DNA of 61,712 bases, counting the filler, from Vannella sp. (taxonomy: Eukaryota): the NCBI GenBank assembly GCA_023345925.1. It is 4 parts of 4 records of this genome, joined end to end, with 100 filler letters (N's around TTAATTAATTAA, not from the genome) between each part and the next. Parts side by side here need not be neighbours in the genome. Positions count along the whole stretch, not along the records: positions 1 to 24,265 come from JAJQQN010000462.1; positions 24,366 to 40,490 come from JAJQQN010000758.1; 2 more parts are not named here. One strand, 5' to 3'. Shown in pieces: positions 12,900-24,366 of this stretch. The stretch's first letter is position 1. Each line of letters begins with the position of its first letter. The position numbers and the translations under genes are program-made. The notes beneath the pieces are model-generated. The model made no database searches. It saw nothing but the letters and a program-made list of their open reading frames with translations, and had not been told where the DNA came from.

Positions 12900-13964
12900 A
12901 TGCCCTTTGGCGACCACACGCTCCTCCTCTCCCAAGAAGGGGAAGAAGGGGGTCTTTGGGCTTTTGGACGGAACAACGAGGGTCAACTCGGTCTCGGTCA
13001 CAGAGACCACCAACGGCAACCAGTGATGGTCCCCTGGTTTGGTCCTCAGCCGGTTCAGGTGGACTGGGGATTCGGACACTCCCTCGTTCTCGATGCAGAA
13101 GGCGATGTGTGGGAGGCTGGTCACTGTTGGTCCAATTCTACCACCTTTCAACGAGTACCAGAACTACCCAGCATCGTGGTGGTGGCTGCTGGCGTGCGTC
13201 ACTGTGCTGCCATCGACACGGAAGGCGACCTTTGGGTTTGGACGAGCAGGACGCATCTCTCTTGGATCTCTCGCGCATGTTCTCTTCCCCAACGAGTAGA
13301 AGATCTCCCTCCACTCCTCAAGGTGGCCTGCGGTTCCGACTTCGTCGTGGCAGAGGCCGAAGAAGGCCTCTGGGTGTTGGGCGACAACGACCAAGGGCAA
13401 CTGGGCCTCGGCCACACCACCGAAGCTCTCCAACCGACTCTTGTCCATGTAGAGGAATGTTCGGAAGGACCTCTGCGATGCCTGGCTGCTCACTTTGATG
13501 GAGTGATCCTCATCGACTCGGAAGGAGGCGTCTTCTCTTCTGGAGACAACTCTTATGGCCAACTGGGACGCTCTGGGAGTACCTCCAAGCTTCAGCGAAT
13601 CACTAACATCCCTCCCATGCTTGTGGCCTCCTGCGGATTGTCTCATACTCTCTCTCTGGGTGAGAACGGTGACGTTTGGAGTTGGGGAAAGGGTAGCAAA
13701 GGGCAATTGGGGACGGTAAACACTTCCACTCTCCGTCAACCCATTCTGGTCGCCTCGTTGAAAGGAATAAGCGCCCTGGTTGCGGGATGTTCTCATACAT
13801 TGGCGTTCCCACAGGAAGGCGGCCTGCTCGTCTTCGGATGTAACCTCTACGGGCAACTCGGACTCGATACAACCAACCAACCCACTCCCACGCTTTGCTC
13901 CGTCCAGCCCGCTCTCCCTCCTTCTTCCATCCGCTCCAGGAGTAAGAGTGGCCGCTTCCTTTGA
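12900..13964 (+). CDS. RCC1-repeat (BLIP-II fold) protein, intronless, paralog A
   Basis: Repeated FGxNxxGQLGLG, VACGxxH and HSLVL motifs in a 354-aa single ORF. Confidence 0.9.
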   Translation: MPFGDHTLLLSQEGEEGGLWAFGRNNEGQLGLGHRDHQRQPVMVPWFGPQPVQVDWGFGHSLVLDAEGDVWEAGHCWSNSTTFQRVPELPSIVVVAAGVRHCAAIDTEGDLWVWTSRTHLSWISRACSLPQRVEDLPPLLKVACGSDFVVAEAEEGLWVLGDNDQGQLGLGHTTEALQPTLVHVEECSEGPLRCLAAHFDGVILIDSEGGVFSSGDNSYGQLGRSGSTSKLQRITNIPPMLVASCGLSHTLSLGENGDVWSWGKGSKGQLGTVNTSTLRQPILVASLKGISALVAGCSHTLAFPQEGGLLVFGCNLYGQLGLDTTNQPTPTLCSVQPALPPSSIRSRSKSGRFL

Positions 13965-14966
13965 TACCAAACAAAGCTCTCTTTGAACAGATAACAGCTT
14001 TGCTACTAGAACAGAGATCACTCCCATGTTGATGAGAGCCCACGAGGTGTCGAGTGCCTTTGGGAGGAGAGTTCACGGCCCCTTCAGCATCGTTGTGGAC
14101 CTCCTCAATGACAGGAGCACCTTCGTCATCAACCTGCCACTGAGAGTGGCCCTTTCTGCGTTGAATCCTATGCGCACGGGTCTTACTTCCTCCCTTAGAC
14201 GCGCATGGAAGGAAAGCGCGTGAAATGCTCCTGAAGGGAAAGAAAACTGTACGCCGCGGCTTCGATCGTTGCTGGTACCCGTGTAGGTCAGATACTGATA
14301 ATCATGATCTTGATGGCTTCAGCGATCTCGATGATGTTCGAAAGGAATGATTGGAACTTGATGCGAAGTCCATAATAACAGTTGTGATCGCAAAAATCAG
14401 AATATTAGAGCGACCTTGGTGCAATAAATAGAGGTCTTTGATACTCTCGCCTGATTGGTCGGCCTGAAAGATCTTTATGGTTCTGGGTTCCGCGTGGACC
14501 AAGCCTTTTCTTTCTTCTCTTCTTCCGAGAGCCAGCTCCTCCTTTCAGCTCCATCTTTATTCCAATAGACGGGCTTGCTTCTGGATTGGCTTGCAACTTC
14601 CAGCTCTCACCATCTTGTTAGAAGATCACTCCGCTCCCTTTGCTCCCTTTGCTTGTGAAGAGCTGAGAAGCAGGCTCGAACCTCTTGGATCACTCTGCAA
14701 CGACAACAACGACAAGATCGGCGGACTTGTTCTATTGGCCAGGTTGCATTCTGGTAGAAGAGGACAATCTCGTGTGGACATGAGCGAACCTTGGAACATC
14801 ACTGATCGACAGCTTGCAAAGACTTGGAGAACAACCCGATCTGCGAAACCCTTCCACAATGGCCTCATCTGACTAGCCTGGAGTTTACGTCGTGTGGACA
14901 TGAGCATCACAAGCATGGCACTCCACTCGATTGACTGATTCTCCTCTTCTATTTGAATGGAAGAGA

Positions 14967-15103
14967 GTCGACTTGCCCAACAACTAGATCAGCAGATCTC
15001 TTCCACAATGGTCCTTGATGACGGTCCTGGAGGTCTTGTGAGTAGTTTCGGCTCTTCCATTCCACGGAAGAGATCCGCTGATCTAGTTGTTGGACAAGTC
15101 AAC
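14967..15103. repeat. 38-bp imperfect inverted repeat with 61-nt spacer
   Basis: 14967-15004 GTCGACTTGCCCAACAACTAGATCAGCAGATCTCTTCC versus the reverse complement of 15066-15103, GTTGACTTGTCCAACAACTAGATCAGCGGATCTCTTCC: 35/38 identical. Confidence 0.9.
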
Positions 15104-15461
15104 ATTCAGTCGCTTCACTCACCAGTACTGAGAGTGGATAGCAATCTCTTGCTTTTACCATATTGGAAGCAACAAGCTTCGTCCAAACAACTCTTCCGTC
15201 GATCTCCCCTTCCAAGTGTTCCTTTCGCCAGGTTGCTTGATCCTTGCTCTTGTCCTAGCGGAAGCAGAGCAGTTGAACACCTGGAAGGAGATCTCGCGTG
15301 CCTCAGCTTCAGTTTAACCAGACTTTTTTCATGCTTCCAAAAATCGGTTACTCGATTCTGACAAAGTTGTCCACAGTATTGTTGAAAGGGACACGAAGCA
15401 CCTTGGTGGTATTGTGCAAAGCCCAAGACTATTCAGGTCTCCTGATTTTGCGAGGCAATAA

Positions 15462-15509
15462 ACGGGCAACTCGGACTCGATACAACCAATCACTCCCACG
15501 CTTTGCTCC
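15462..15509 (+). repeat. Duplicated fragment of the RCC1 paralog A 3' end
   Basis: ACGGGCAACTCGGACTCGATACAACCAA..CACTCCCACGCTTTGCTCC matches 13849-13901 apart from a small internal deletion. Confidence 0.85.
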
Positions 15510-15641
15510 TGAACTGGAGGTTCCAGCCGAGACCTTCAGTTCCCGAAAGAGCCCTCTTCTCATCCCTCTTTGATCCCCTGGGGAAAATGCCAGATCCCCT
15601 TGACATCCGAATCTTTCACAATCCTTGAAGGCATTATTTGG

Positions 15642-18600
15642 ATGCTACCTGTGGGGGGAGGAAAGACTTTGGGTCTGTTCACCCCAAAGGGCAGTCGGAT
15701 AGCTTCCTCCGTTGCTGTTGATCAAGAACTTGATGTTCCCGTCAAGGTTGGTGCGAGAAAGTGGAGCAGGAGGGTTCTCCTGACCTCTTGAGGAAGGATC
15801 GAGTTGCTCTGCGGCGGCTCCAAGCGAGTTGGCCAGATCTGGGAGAGGATGAGCTCTTGGCCAAGTACTTAACTTCTAATCCCCGTGATACACAAGTGAG
15901 TGTCCTAAGCGCGCTCCACTCCCACTCTCCTTACCTTCCCCAGGCAACCTTTCACCTTTCCCATCTTCTCCTGAACCAGGGCAGGGTAGAAGACGCCATA
16001 TACTACCTGGAGCGGTAAGAACAGACAAAAGATCAACCTCGCAACCCACTCACGGAGTCGGGTTTAGAGGCTTGTCCATCGAACCGTCTTCCATCCTTCA
16101 CCAGGCACGCTTGGCTCGCTGTTACGTGATGTCAGAGCGTAGTACCTTCAAACATCGTCTATCAAAGACGGAGGACAATGTTATCAAGGAGAAACTCATG
16201 AAACTAGTCGATTCCATCAGCCAGAAGGAAGATGCGCATCGCCATCTCCTCATTGAGACGAATCTGCTATCAGGAGATAGCCAAAGGTATCGAAAGAACC
16301 TGTAAGTGACGGTAAGGAATGGATACAGGCTTGTTCTAACCTGCGTGTGCCCGGATTAGTGAGAGTGCTCGCATCTACTATCAGGATGTGATCTCTTCGT
16401 TGTCTGAGTAGGTTCTGATGTCTCTGCTTCTTGCAAGTGATGATCTGATAGCATGTGACAGTGAACTACGCGGTCTGGCAGCACTTAAGCCCAAGCAGTT
16501 CAAAGCAGAGCAGTTGGAAGAGCTTTTTAGCTTCTTCGACAACGTTTACGAGTTCGGGAAGCATCTCGAGATACCAGAATCTCTTCAGCTACAGCTCTTA
16601 GAGGGTCTCTTGCAGTATGCGCCTTGGTCCAACCGTTCAGAGCCAAGCCTTGTCGAAGCTCTTGGAATGGCATTGCCTGGCTTTGTAGATCACTTGAACG
16701 CACTTTCTGGTACGTTATTGCTCTTCAGCTTGATTGGGACTAAGTAGATTTGGCTGGTCTTCTAGAACTGCTTCTACTCTTATCGGCTCTGATGCATTTG
16801 AGTGCGCTGCTTCAAAGTTTATTTAGTTCCAACAGATCCACTTCAGCTACGCTCTTCTTTCCTAGGTTCCGAAGCCTTCTGGACCGCTTACTTGAACTCC
16901 ATCCATTGATGGGAAAACACTATCAAGACAGATTCACCTTATTCCATATGTTGGCCAGGCCGTTTGATCCGTCAGACCCTCGGTCATCTAGTGTTCTAGT
17001 CAGCCACTTGAAGGCACAGTATCATACGCCTCTTGCTGCTCTCTCACCTTCTCCAAGAAACTTGCTCCAGCAATTAGAGCTTCGATGGGCCCGCTATCTC
17101 GGGATTCTCCTCACCAATGCTATTCTCTTGGGACCCAAAGAAGGGAAAGGCGAAGCTGCAAAGATCTGTAGCACATTGACCAAGATCGATTTGGAAGTTC
17201 TTCGTGATGTCGGCGCTCATCTCCAGTGGCTGATCGACTCTTTGCAATACTACACGGACCACCGCATCCAGACAACAAAGATCATTCAGATGTGGTTCTC
17301 AAGACTCTTCGGCAAAGGACTTCAGCTTCCAGAAAAGTACCGAGACTTGGAATCGCCCATGCAAGAAGCTCTTCTTCGATTATTGAGAGAAGCAACAGAG
17401 TATTTGTCCCAATGGCGCTCTCCCAACTGCTTGAATCTTGCTGCTTTGCCTCAACGATCGTATCACTGCCGGGATGACCAAGTGAAGTTTTGGAACATCG
17501 CGCTTTCTCTTCATGAGGCGGAGAATAACAGCGGCTCCGTTGTCCGCCCGCTCATAGGCCCAATAGATATCGATGGAGCTCAGTACTTCCTATCAGCAAA
17601 CTTACGTCGAATCAGTGCTTCCAGTACCGTACAGATCGAGCAATCCGAGGGAAGGACTGAAGAGTTAGCCTCTCAATTCTCCTTTCGGCCAATTTTACCG
17701 ACTGTTGAGCGCCAGAGATTGCTGGAGCACTCCCAAGTGGTCGAAAAGCCAGCCACAGTAGCCGAGACACCTCGTCGACGCTGGCTAGAATCCCAATTGG
17801 AAGAGCTGAGCCGATTACGGATGGACCCTGGTGTTGCCATGGAGCAACCAGAAGACCTCCCGTTCTGCAATTCTTTGAGTGGCTCTCTCTCTGACTCTCT
17901 TCGTTCACTCAATATGGGACTATCTCTCATGGATGATATCTTGCCAACTTCTTTTGATACGAAGCGGCTTTCTGAAGACGATTTTTTAACGCAGCAACTG
18001 CCTTCTCAGGAAGAGGAAGCTCAAGACGTCAGACAACAGTTAAGAGAGTGTCAAGAGGAGTGCTACCAGGTACAACAAGACGCAGAGCGTGTTCAGGCTG
18101 CTCAAGAAATGCAACTGGAAGCTCAACAAGAAGCCCTTGACAACTTAATCAGAGAGAAAGAATCATGGGAGGCTTCAAGAACTGAACAGGAAGCTAACCT
18201 AAAGACTCAACAATCCTTGATTGCCCATCTCCAAGCGCAGCAACAGCATCTCAGTTCTACAACGGAGCCTCTTCAGCTCAAGAATCAGGAAACTAATGCT
18301 CAACTTCAAGCTGCACTTCAAGAGAACAAATCTCTCTGCCAGGAACAGGATCAGCTCCGAAAGCAAGTAGAACATTTAATGGCCGAAGCTCTGGGCATGA
18401 AAGAGTCCGCAGAAGAACGCACACGAGATAACATTCGACTTGCAGACCAAATAGAGGAGCTCGTCAATGCCCTGCCCCCAACAGAAGAAGAAGCTCTCGA
18501 AAGCCTCACAAAAGAACGAGATGATCTCTCAAATCAACTCAAGGCGCTGCAGAATCAAATGGAAAAGGAGAACGGTCAAGCTGTGCTCGAGGTCCCTGTC

Positions 18601-20007
18601 GGAAACGAATCTACGCAATTGGCTCTCGTTGATTCAATGCTCGAAAAACTCGAAATGGAAAGAAGGAGTTTAGAGGAACTTGACAGCAAGTGCACCAAGC
18701 AAATGGCTGACATTGAAAGTCAATTAGAACTCTCAAGAATTGAGTTGGAAGAAGCACAGAAGAAGGCCTCCGCCATGCAAGAACAAATTGATCAAGCGCA
18801 TTCTCTTGAGGCGATCAATAGCGATCTCGAGACTCTCTTGGAAGACGAGAAAGCCAAAACCGAACAGCTGAAAACTCATCTGGAGCTGCTGGAAACCCAG
18901 AATCAGAGCACAGAAGAAATCGGTAAACTCACCTCTCAAGTAGATGAATTGAAGCAGCAGGTAGATATCTCAAAAGCTGAGTTAAATGATGCACAAGAAG
19001 TGGCCGCAACTCTACGGGAAAAGATTGCTAAAGCGGACTCGCTTATGAGCACCAAAGATGATCAAATCAGGCGCTTGGAAGAGGAGAGAGCTTCATCCAA
19101 GGATGAAGCGGCTCAGCTTCGATCGGAGCTCGAGCAACAAACGCAATTGCACAGCAAACTCACTTCTCAGTTGGATGATCTCTCCTCGAAGATGGAAGAG
19201 GCCGGACAAGGCAAGAGCCAATTGGATGAGACATTAAATGCCGCCCTGCGCGCGGCTCAGTCGAAGGATGCTGAATTGAATCAAGTTAATCTTGAATGCG
19301 ATGGCCTTCGAAAGCAACTCCAGGAGTTCCAAGAACAGGCTCTCTTGAAATTGGAAGAGGAGAGAGCTTCATCCAAGAATGAAGCTGCTCAACTACGTTC
19401 AGAGCTCGACCAACAGAAAATTTTGCACAGCAAACTCACTGCTCAGTTGGATGATCTCTCCTCGAAGATGGAAGAGGCTGGACAAGACAAGAGCCAATTG
19501 GTTGAGAAATTGAATGCCGCCTTGCATGAGGCTCAATCTAAGGATGCTGAATTGAATCAAGTTAATCTTGAATGCGATAGCCTTCGACAGCAACTGAAAG
19601 AGCTGCAAGAACAAACTCTCTTGAAATCAGAAGGAGAAAGTCATGAAAGCACCTCAAGCATCAAATGCCGTCCCAAGGATGCCATGAAACCGCTTTACGC
19701 TTTCGGAAAAGGTATTGGGATGGATAGCTCCGTAGTTGACAAAATTGTCGAGCAATTTGACCTACAGGACCACGATAATTCTGGGAAAATAGAAAAAGAA
19801 GAGTTCCTTGCATTTATTAGTAGGTTCTCCTCCTCTTTCTTACTCTCTAACATGTGCTGTCTAGGGAATATTGCGCCCGAAGGATGCTCTTCGGAAGTTA
19901 TCGAACGGAACGCAGAGCGAATTTTCGCTTCAGTAGACTCTGACCACTCTGGCAGTTTGGAAATTGAGGAGGTGCTCAAACATTACATAGAGATTATCAA
20001 GTTTTGA
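15642..20007 (+). CDS. Large protein: N-terminal TPR/helical region, long coiled coil, C-terminal EF-hand pair; multi-exon 5' end
   Basis: Short exons joined by about 50-nt introns (e.g. 15747-15796) encode TPR-like ATFHLSHLLLNQGRVEDAIYYLER. An E/Q/L/K heptad-rich region follows. EF loops are DHDNSGKIEKEE and DSDHSGSLEIEE. The start codon is inferred. Confidence 0.7.
19075..19626 (+). repeat. Tandem duplication, 2 x 276 bp (92 aa), inside the coiled coil
   Basis: LEEERASSK(D/N)EAAQLRSEL..NQVNLECD..LLK starts at 19075 and again at 19351. Confidence 0.92.
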
Positions 20008-20159
20008 ACTAAATCACTTTGACTCAACAGAGTCGCTCATTTGCCCCACATTACACTATCTCCCTTTCTAGTTGTTTGGATACAAGTTCCACCAAGAGAT
20101 GCACACAAAGAAAAGTTGAGACAAAGAGCATTTGTTTCTGGGAAATAGAATTTGGGAGC

Positions 20160-23100
20160 TCACAGAGTGGCGGGATGTCCAATCTCTGACTTCGACTCTT
20201 CTTGATACTGTAAACGAAGTCCATCGAGGAATTCGTTGAACTCTTCGTGGCTATCGAGGATTTCGCAAACTTTTTCATCAAACTCGAAGGCCAGAACATC
20301 ATCCACCAGCAGTGCCAGCCACCCACTGTGCGATTCCCTCTCGGAAGGATCTTTCTCCCTATTGAGATTCATTCCATTAGTAAGCAGAAGGTGAGAGAAC
20401 AGAGAAACTCACCATTGTTCAGTGCAATAGTGGACAAGGAAATCGAGAATTTCGGTTTCTTCAAAGAGGTCACAGCGGAGTCCTTCCGTTCTCAAACTCA
20501 CTCGAATGTACAATTGAATCTGCTTATGCAGAATGTTGTTGCGAGGGAATCGAATCAGCAAGTTGAGTGCAATTGTTGGCATATGCAAGTCGATAAGACG
20601 CTGATTCAAGACAACAGATCCTTCCTCATCCATCAGCGCAATTATCAATTCAAGAATAAGCAAACGTTGATATCCGAAAGGCTCTGCCATCCCACTAGAT
20701 GTGGGCATCTCCTCCTGACTTTCTTGGAGTCTCTCAATGAGTTCTGGCATCCATTCGTATAAAACTTGAATCAGAGGAGAGAGCTCCTCTAAAGGTTCGT
20801 CGTTCTCATCCAAATAGAGATCTTCTCCCTGATACTCTTCAAAGTCATCAGCCTCAGATGCAGGCAAGCCTCGGCGAACCATTGATGTGACAGTTTTCAA
20901 GCCAAGAACGAATAGCTCGTCGGAAAAGGCTTCTGCCACAAACTTTCGAGCTACTTCCATATCATCGATATCGATATGGCCTAATAGAGTGTGATTCTCT
21001 ATGAGGGGGGACAGGGACAGGCCGTGCAGGATGTTCCCAAGAATCTGGCCGAAGCCATAATGCTCAATGATGATTTGAACGTCTTCGGGCTCCCATTGAG
21101 TCTCTTGCTGTGGATCTTTCCACTCTACATATAGATTATCATGGCTCATCAGCAAGTTATTCAAGGCGATCTCAGAGTCCACTGTTTGCTGGTTGGAGTT
21201 GAGATCAAGCTCTGTCAATGCCAATGATTCGGCCTCCTTCAGAACTTCAGCGAGTGCCCGAACACCATCGGATTGGATGTCGCAGGCTCTCATCTGAAGG
21301 GACTGCAAGCTCTTACTGACTGTTAAGGCGTCAGCAAGGAACATGGCACCCTCGTCACCCAAAGGATTAGAATTGACAATCAATGTGACCAGGTTCGGAC
21401 CGTCTCCCTCCTGCCAAGCAAATTAGTTTCTTTTTCAACCATTTGCTTTGAACTTACCTTTGCCTCCACCTCACTAGCAGCGTCTCCGATGAGGTGTTTG
21501 GCCACTTGATCAATGCCAATCGCAGTAATGCCATTGCAAGTGATATCCAGCGCTCGAAGAGTTGGATGATTTGCAAGGGAAAGAGCAATGCAAGCCGCTC
21601 CATAGTCGCCAATGGCGTTGTCTTTGATCTCTAACCGGACAAGCGATTTGTTGCTTTGAAGATTCTGAGCCAATGCCATTGCCCCATCCTTCCCTAAATC
21701 ATTGCCATCGATATTGAGATGTTCCTAAGCAACATGTTAGACCTCTTCTATCCACCAACAGACTTCTCTAACCAAATGAGTGTTGCTTTGGAGTGCCTCG
21801 CCAAGAGTCTGAGCGCCTTCTGGGCCAATAAGGTTCCAAGCGATATCCAGCGACGTAAATTTGTAGTTCTTTGCAAGCACCTTCGCAATGCGGTCAGCCC
21901 CGCGCCCTTCAAAGTCATTCCCGTTGAGAGAGATTAACTCAATGCGCTCCATCTGGCCAAATTCCTCCAGAGCATCAAAGAGCTCCTCAATGTCGTCATC
22001 GCCAATGCCTTGGTTCATCAGTTCTAAGGAGGGCGGCACTTCCACTCCACTTCTCACTCTTTGGAGGTAAACAGGCAGACTGATGGGTCCTTCTTCCTCA
22101 GCCTCTTGGGACGGTGCCGTGATTCCTTCTAGAAGGTCAGGGTTATCAGGAGGAGTAGGGGGCGCTGCTGTGGGGGGCAAATCAGCGTCTTCCTCGGGAG
22201 TAATCGAGTAGACTTCCTGTTCTTGGGGGCTGGACAGCTCTATTGGCTCCTGTATCGTTGATGGAGGTAGTGCAGGGAGTGGTATAGCATCCAGAAGGGT
22301 ATCTTCTATGTCTGGTGAGCTCTCCTCATCAACTAGCAAGGCTTCTTCTTCCTCCTGAGGGATTTCTTGGCAAGCTGGCTCTACCACCGACACAACCTCT
22401 ATGGCAGTCCTTGTTTCAAAGCTTTCTTCAACTGACGTAGCTACTGCAGCTTCACACCGTTCAGGAGCGTCGTTTTCAGGCTTTTGGTCCACCGTAACGG
22501 CGATGGGCATCGTTTCCTCCTCCTTAACTGCTAATACTTGAACAACGTCTTGAATGTTGGTCGTTGGAGACGGTGTAAGCGTCACCACGTCGTTCTCCAC
22601 AGCAACGGGGAGAGAAGAGGCAACAGGAGCCACGAGTTCGGGCTCAGCGTCAGATACAGCAGTAGCAGAGAAGGTACGACTCATTCTATGTGACCTCCTA
22701 CTACGAGACTTGTTTAAAGCGGAGTTAGAGTCCGTATCCAGGTTGTCGATAGCACCTCGAGGGCCTTTCGGTGAGGAAGCTGACTCGTGCGTAGCGCTTT
22801 CGTTCCCTCGCTGAGGGGAAAGGAACATCTTTCTCCTTTCGTCCAAGCCTGGTCCGCCCAGCACCGGAGGGCGGTTCGCACGGCTGAAAGACGTCGAAGT
22901 CGTGGCGGACTCGGGTTTCTCTTCAAACTGAGCGGAGAGCGTCTTGATAGAATCTCGATCGTTCCATTGACTCAGAGAGAGCGACTTGCGCTTGCTCTTG
23001 TTGGCGAGCTGAGTAAACTCCTTCGACTTCTCTTGCACAAGGGTCTCTTCAGGTTTCGGCTCCACTTCAAAGCGAGAGAGCAGCGAGGAGATCATACTCC

Positions 23101-23164
23101 CTCGTCCAAAGTTGGGTTTACACACCCCTTTGCTTTGGTACGTGTCCAAACGATGAGCTGACAT
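20160..23164 (-). CDS. RI-type leucine-rich-repeat protein with disordered N-terminus and C-terminal SAPS-like (PP6 regulatory) segment, multi-exon
   Basis: LRRs LDIAWNLIGPEGAQTLGEAL, LEIKDNAIGDYGA, NSNPLGDEGAMFLADAL. C-terminal PFGYQRLLILELIIALM..LLIRFPRNNILHKQI resembles the SAPS consensus PLGxxRL..FFxYxWNNFLH. Confidence 0.72.
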
Positions 23165-24156
23165 TCACAGACCGTACCACCCACAAAGACACCAAACAAT
23201 GGACGTTCCCTCCCCTTTTGGCTTTTCTGTTGTCAGGGACTGTTCTCCCACTAGCAGGTCTTTTCTTTTAACATTTTCAGAACTTTTTGTTTCGAGAGAA
23301 TTCACCGCCCCACTCAACCACGTCCACTGCGGCATTGAAAAGTATCTCTAAATTTGATCGGGACCCTTGCGAATCATGTTTTTATATGTTTTTAAGAGGG
23401 CCATTTTTCCTCATCAAGAGGGTTGAGAGAAGCCAAAAAGCTGAAAACACATAAAAAGTTCATTTGTAATGGTCCCGGTCGATGTTGAAGCCACTTTTCA
23501 ACGGAGGCCAGCGGACATGGTTGACTGGGGCGGTGAATCCTCTCATCCTCATTCTTGATTTGCGGGCTCTCATTCGCCGGTCTCTGTGGTTTAAGCTCTT
23601 GGAAGAAGGCGCGAGCTGCTCATTAGAAAGGTGAAGAGAGATTCCCATCTTCTCCATTGCTGTTAGACTCCAGTGCATTCCAGGGCATCGCTTGGAATCT
23701 GTGATCATTGATAGCTGCCCCGAAAGCGTCATCAATGTGCAATACTGCTTACAAACCCTGTCGACTTAACTCACCATAACTGCTTCGAGAAAGCTGATAT
23801 CGTCAATAAACCATCCTCCGGCCAACAGACACCTCAAAAAGTCCTGTGTTCGCCTGGATTACTCCTCGGTCTATCCCTCCTAAGACTCGTGTTCCTCAAG
23901 AAGATCTCTTCGTGGAGAAAACTTGAATGTGGCCAAGTTTCTTCAGTGGAAGTGCATCGAGTTGACGAATCAGCTTCCTGATGGCTTGGAATCAATCCTG
24001 GATCAGATCGAAAGGACCATTTCCCAAACCCGCGCAATTGATCCTAAGAGGATACTTTGATGCGGCCAAGTCTTAAGGGAACGGTGTTCAACTCTCAGGG
24101 ACTTCCGTTTCCTGGGTTCTGGGGTTTTATTGACTTTGCCCCCTCTTGAATGCCAA

Positions 24157-24265
24157 TTTAAATGTTAAAGAAGGTGTTGGCAGGCGTCTGGCGAGAGAAG
24201 GAATGCTCCACCCAAATGGTCTGGCGGTGGAGGTACGCTTCTTCGGTCATGGGGTCGATGACGGC
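24157..24265 (-). CDS. 3' end of an unidentified gene cut by the contig edge
   Basis: The minus strand reads AVIDPMTEEAYLHRQTIWVEHSFSRQTPANTFFNI*, open from the gap. No family recognised; the stop coordinate is approximate. Confidence 0.3.
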
Positions 24266-24365
24266 NNNNNNNNNNNNNNNNNNNNNNNNNNNNNNNNNNN
24301 NNNNNNNNNTTAATTAATTAANNNNNNNNNNNNNNNNNNNNNNNNNNNNNNNNNNNNNNNNNNNN
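24266..24365. other. Artificial contig spacer (N44-TTAATTAATTAA-N44)
   Basis: Exactly 100 nt containing a six-frame stop linker; identical to the other two spacers. Confidence 0.98.
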
Positions 24366-24366
24366 C

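Noticed and set aside
12416..14076. Overlapping 360-, 287- and 157-aa alternative ORFs
   Set aside because: Off-frame or antisense to the RH-domain and RCC1 genes, with no motifs.
23460..24100. Coding-like fragments on the minus strand
   Set aside because: Interrupted by stops and no family motif recognised; cannot support a gene or pseudogene call.
24266..24365. Palindromic TTAATTAATTAA occurring three times within N runs
   Set aside because: Identical 100-nt six-frame-stop linker used to concatenate contigs; not biological.
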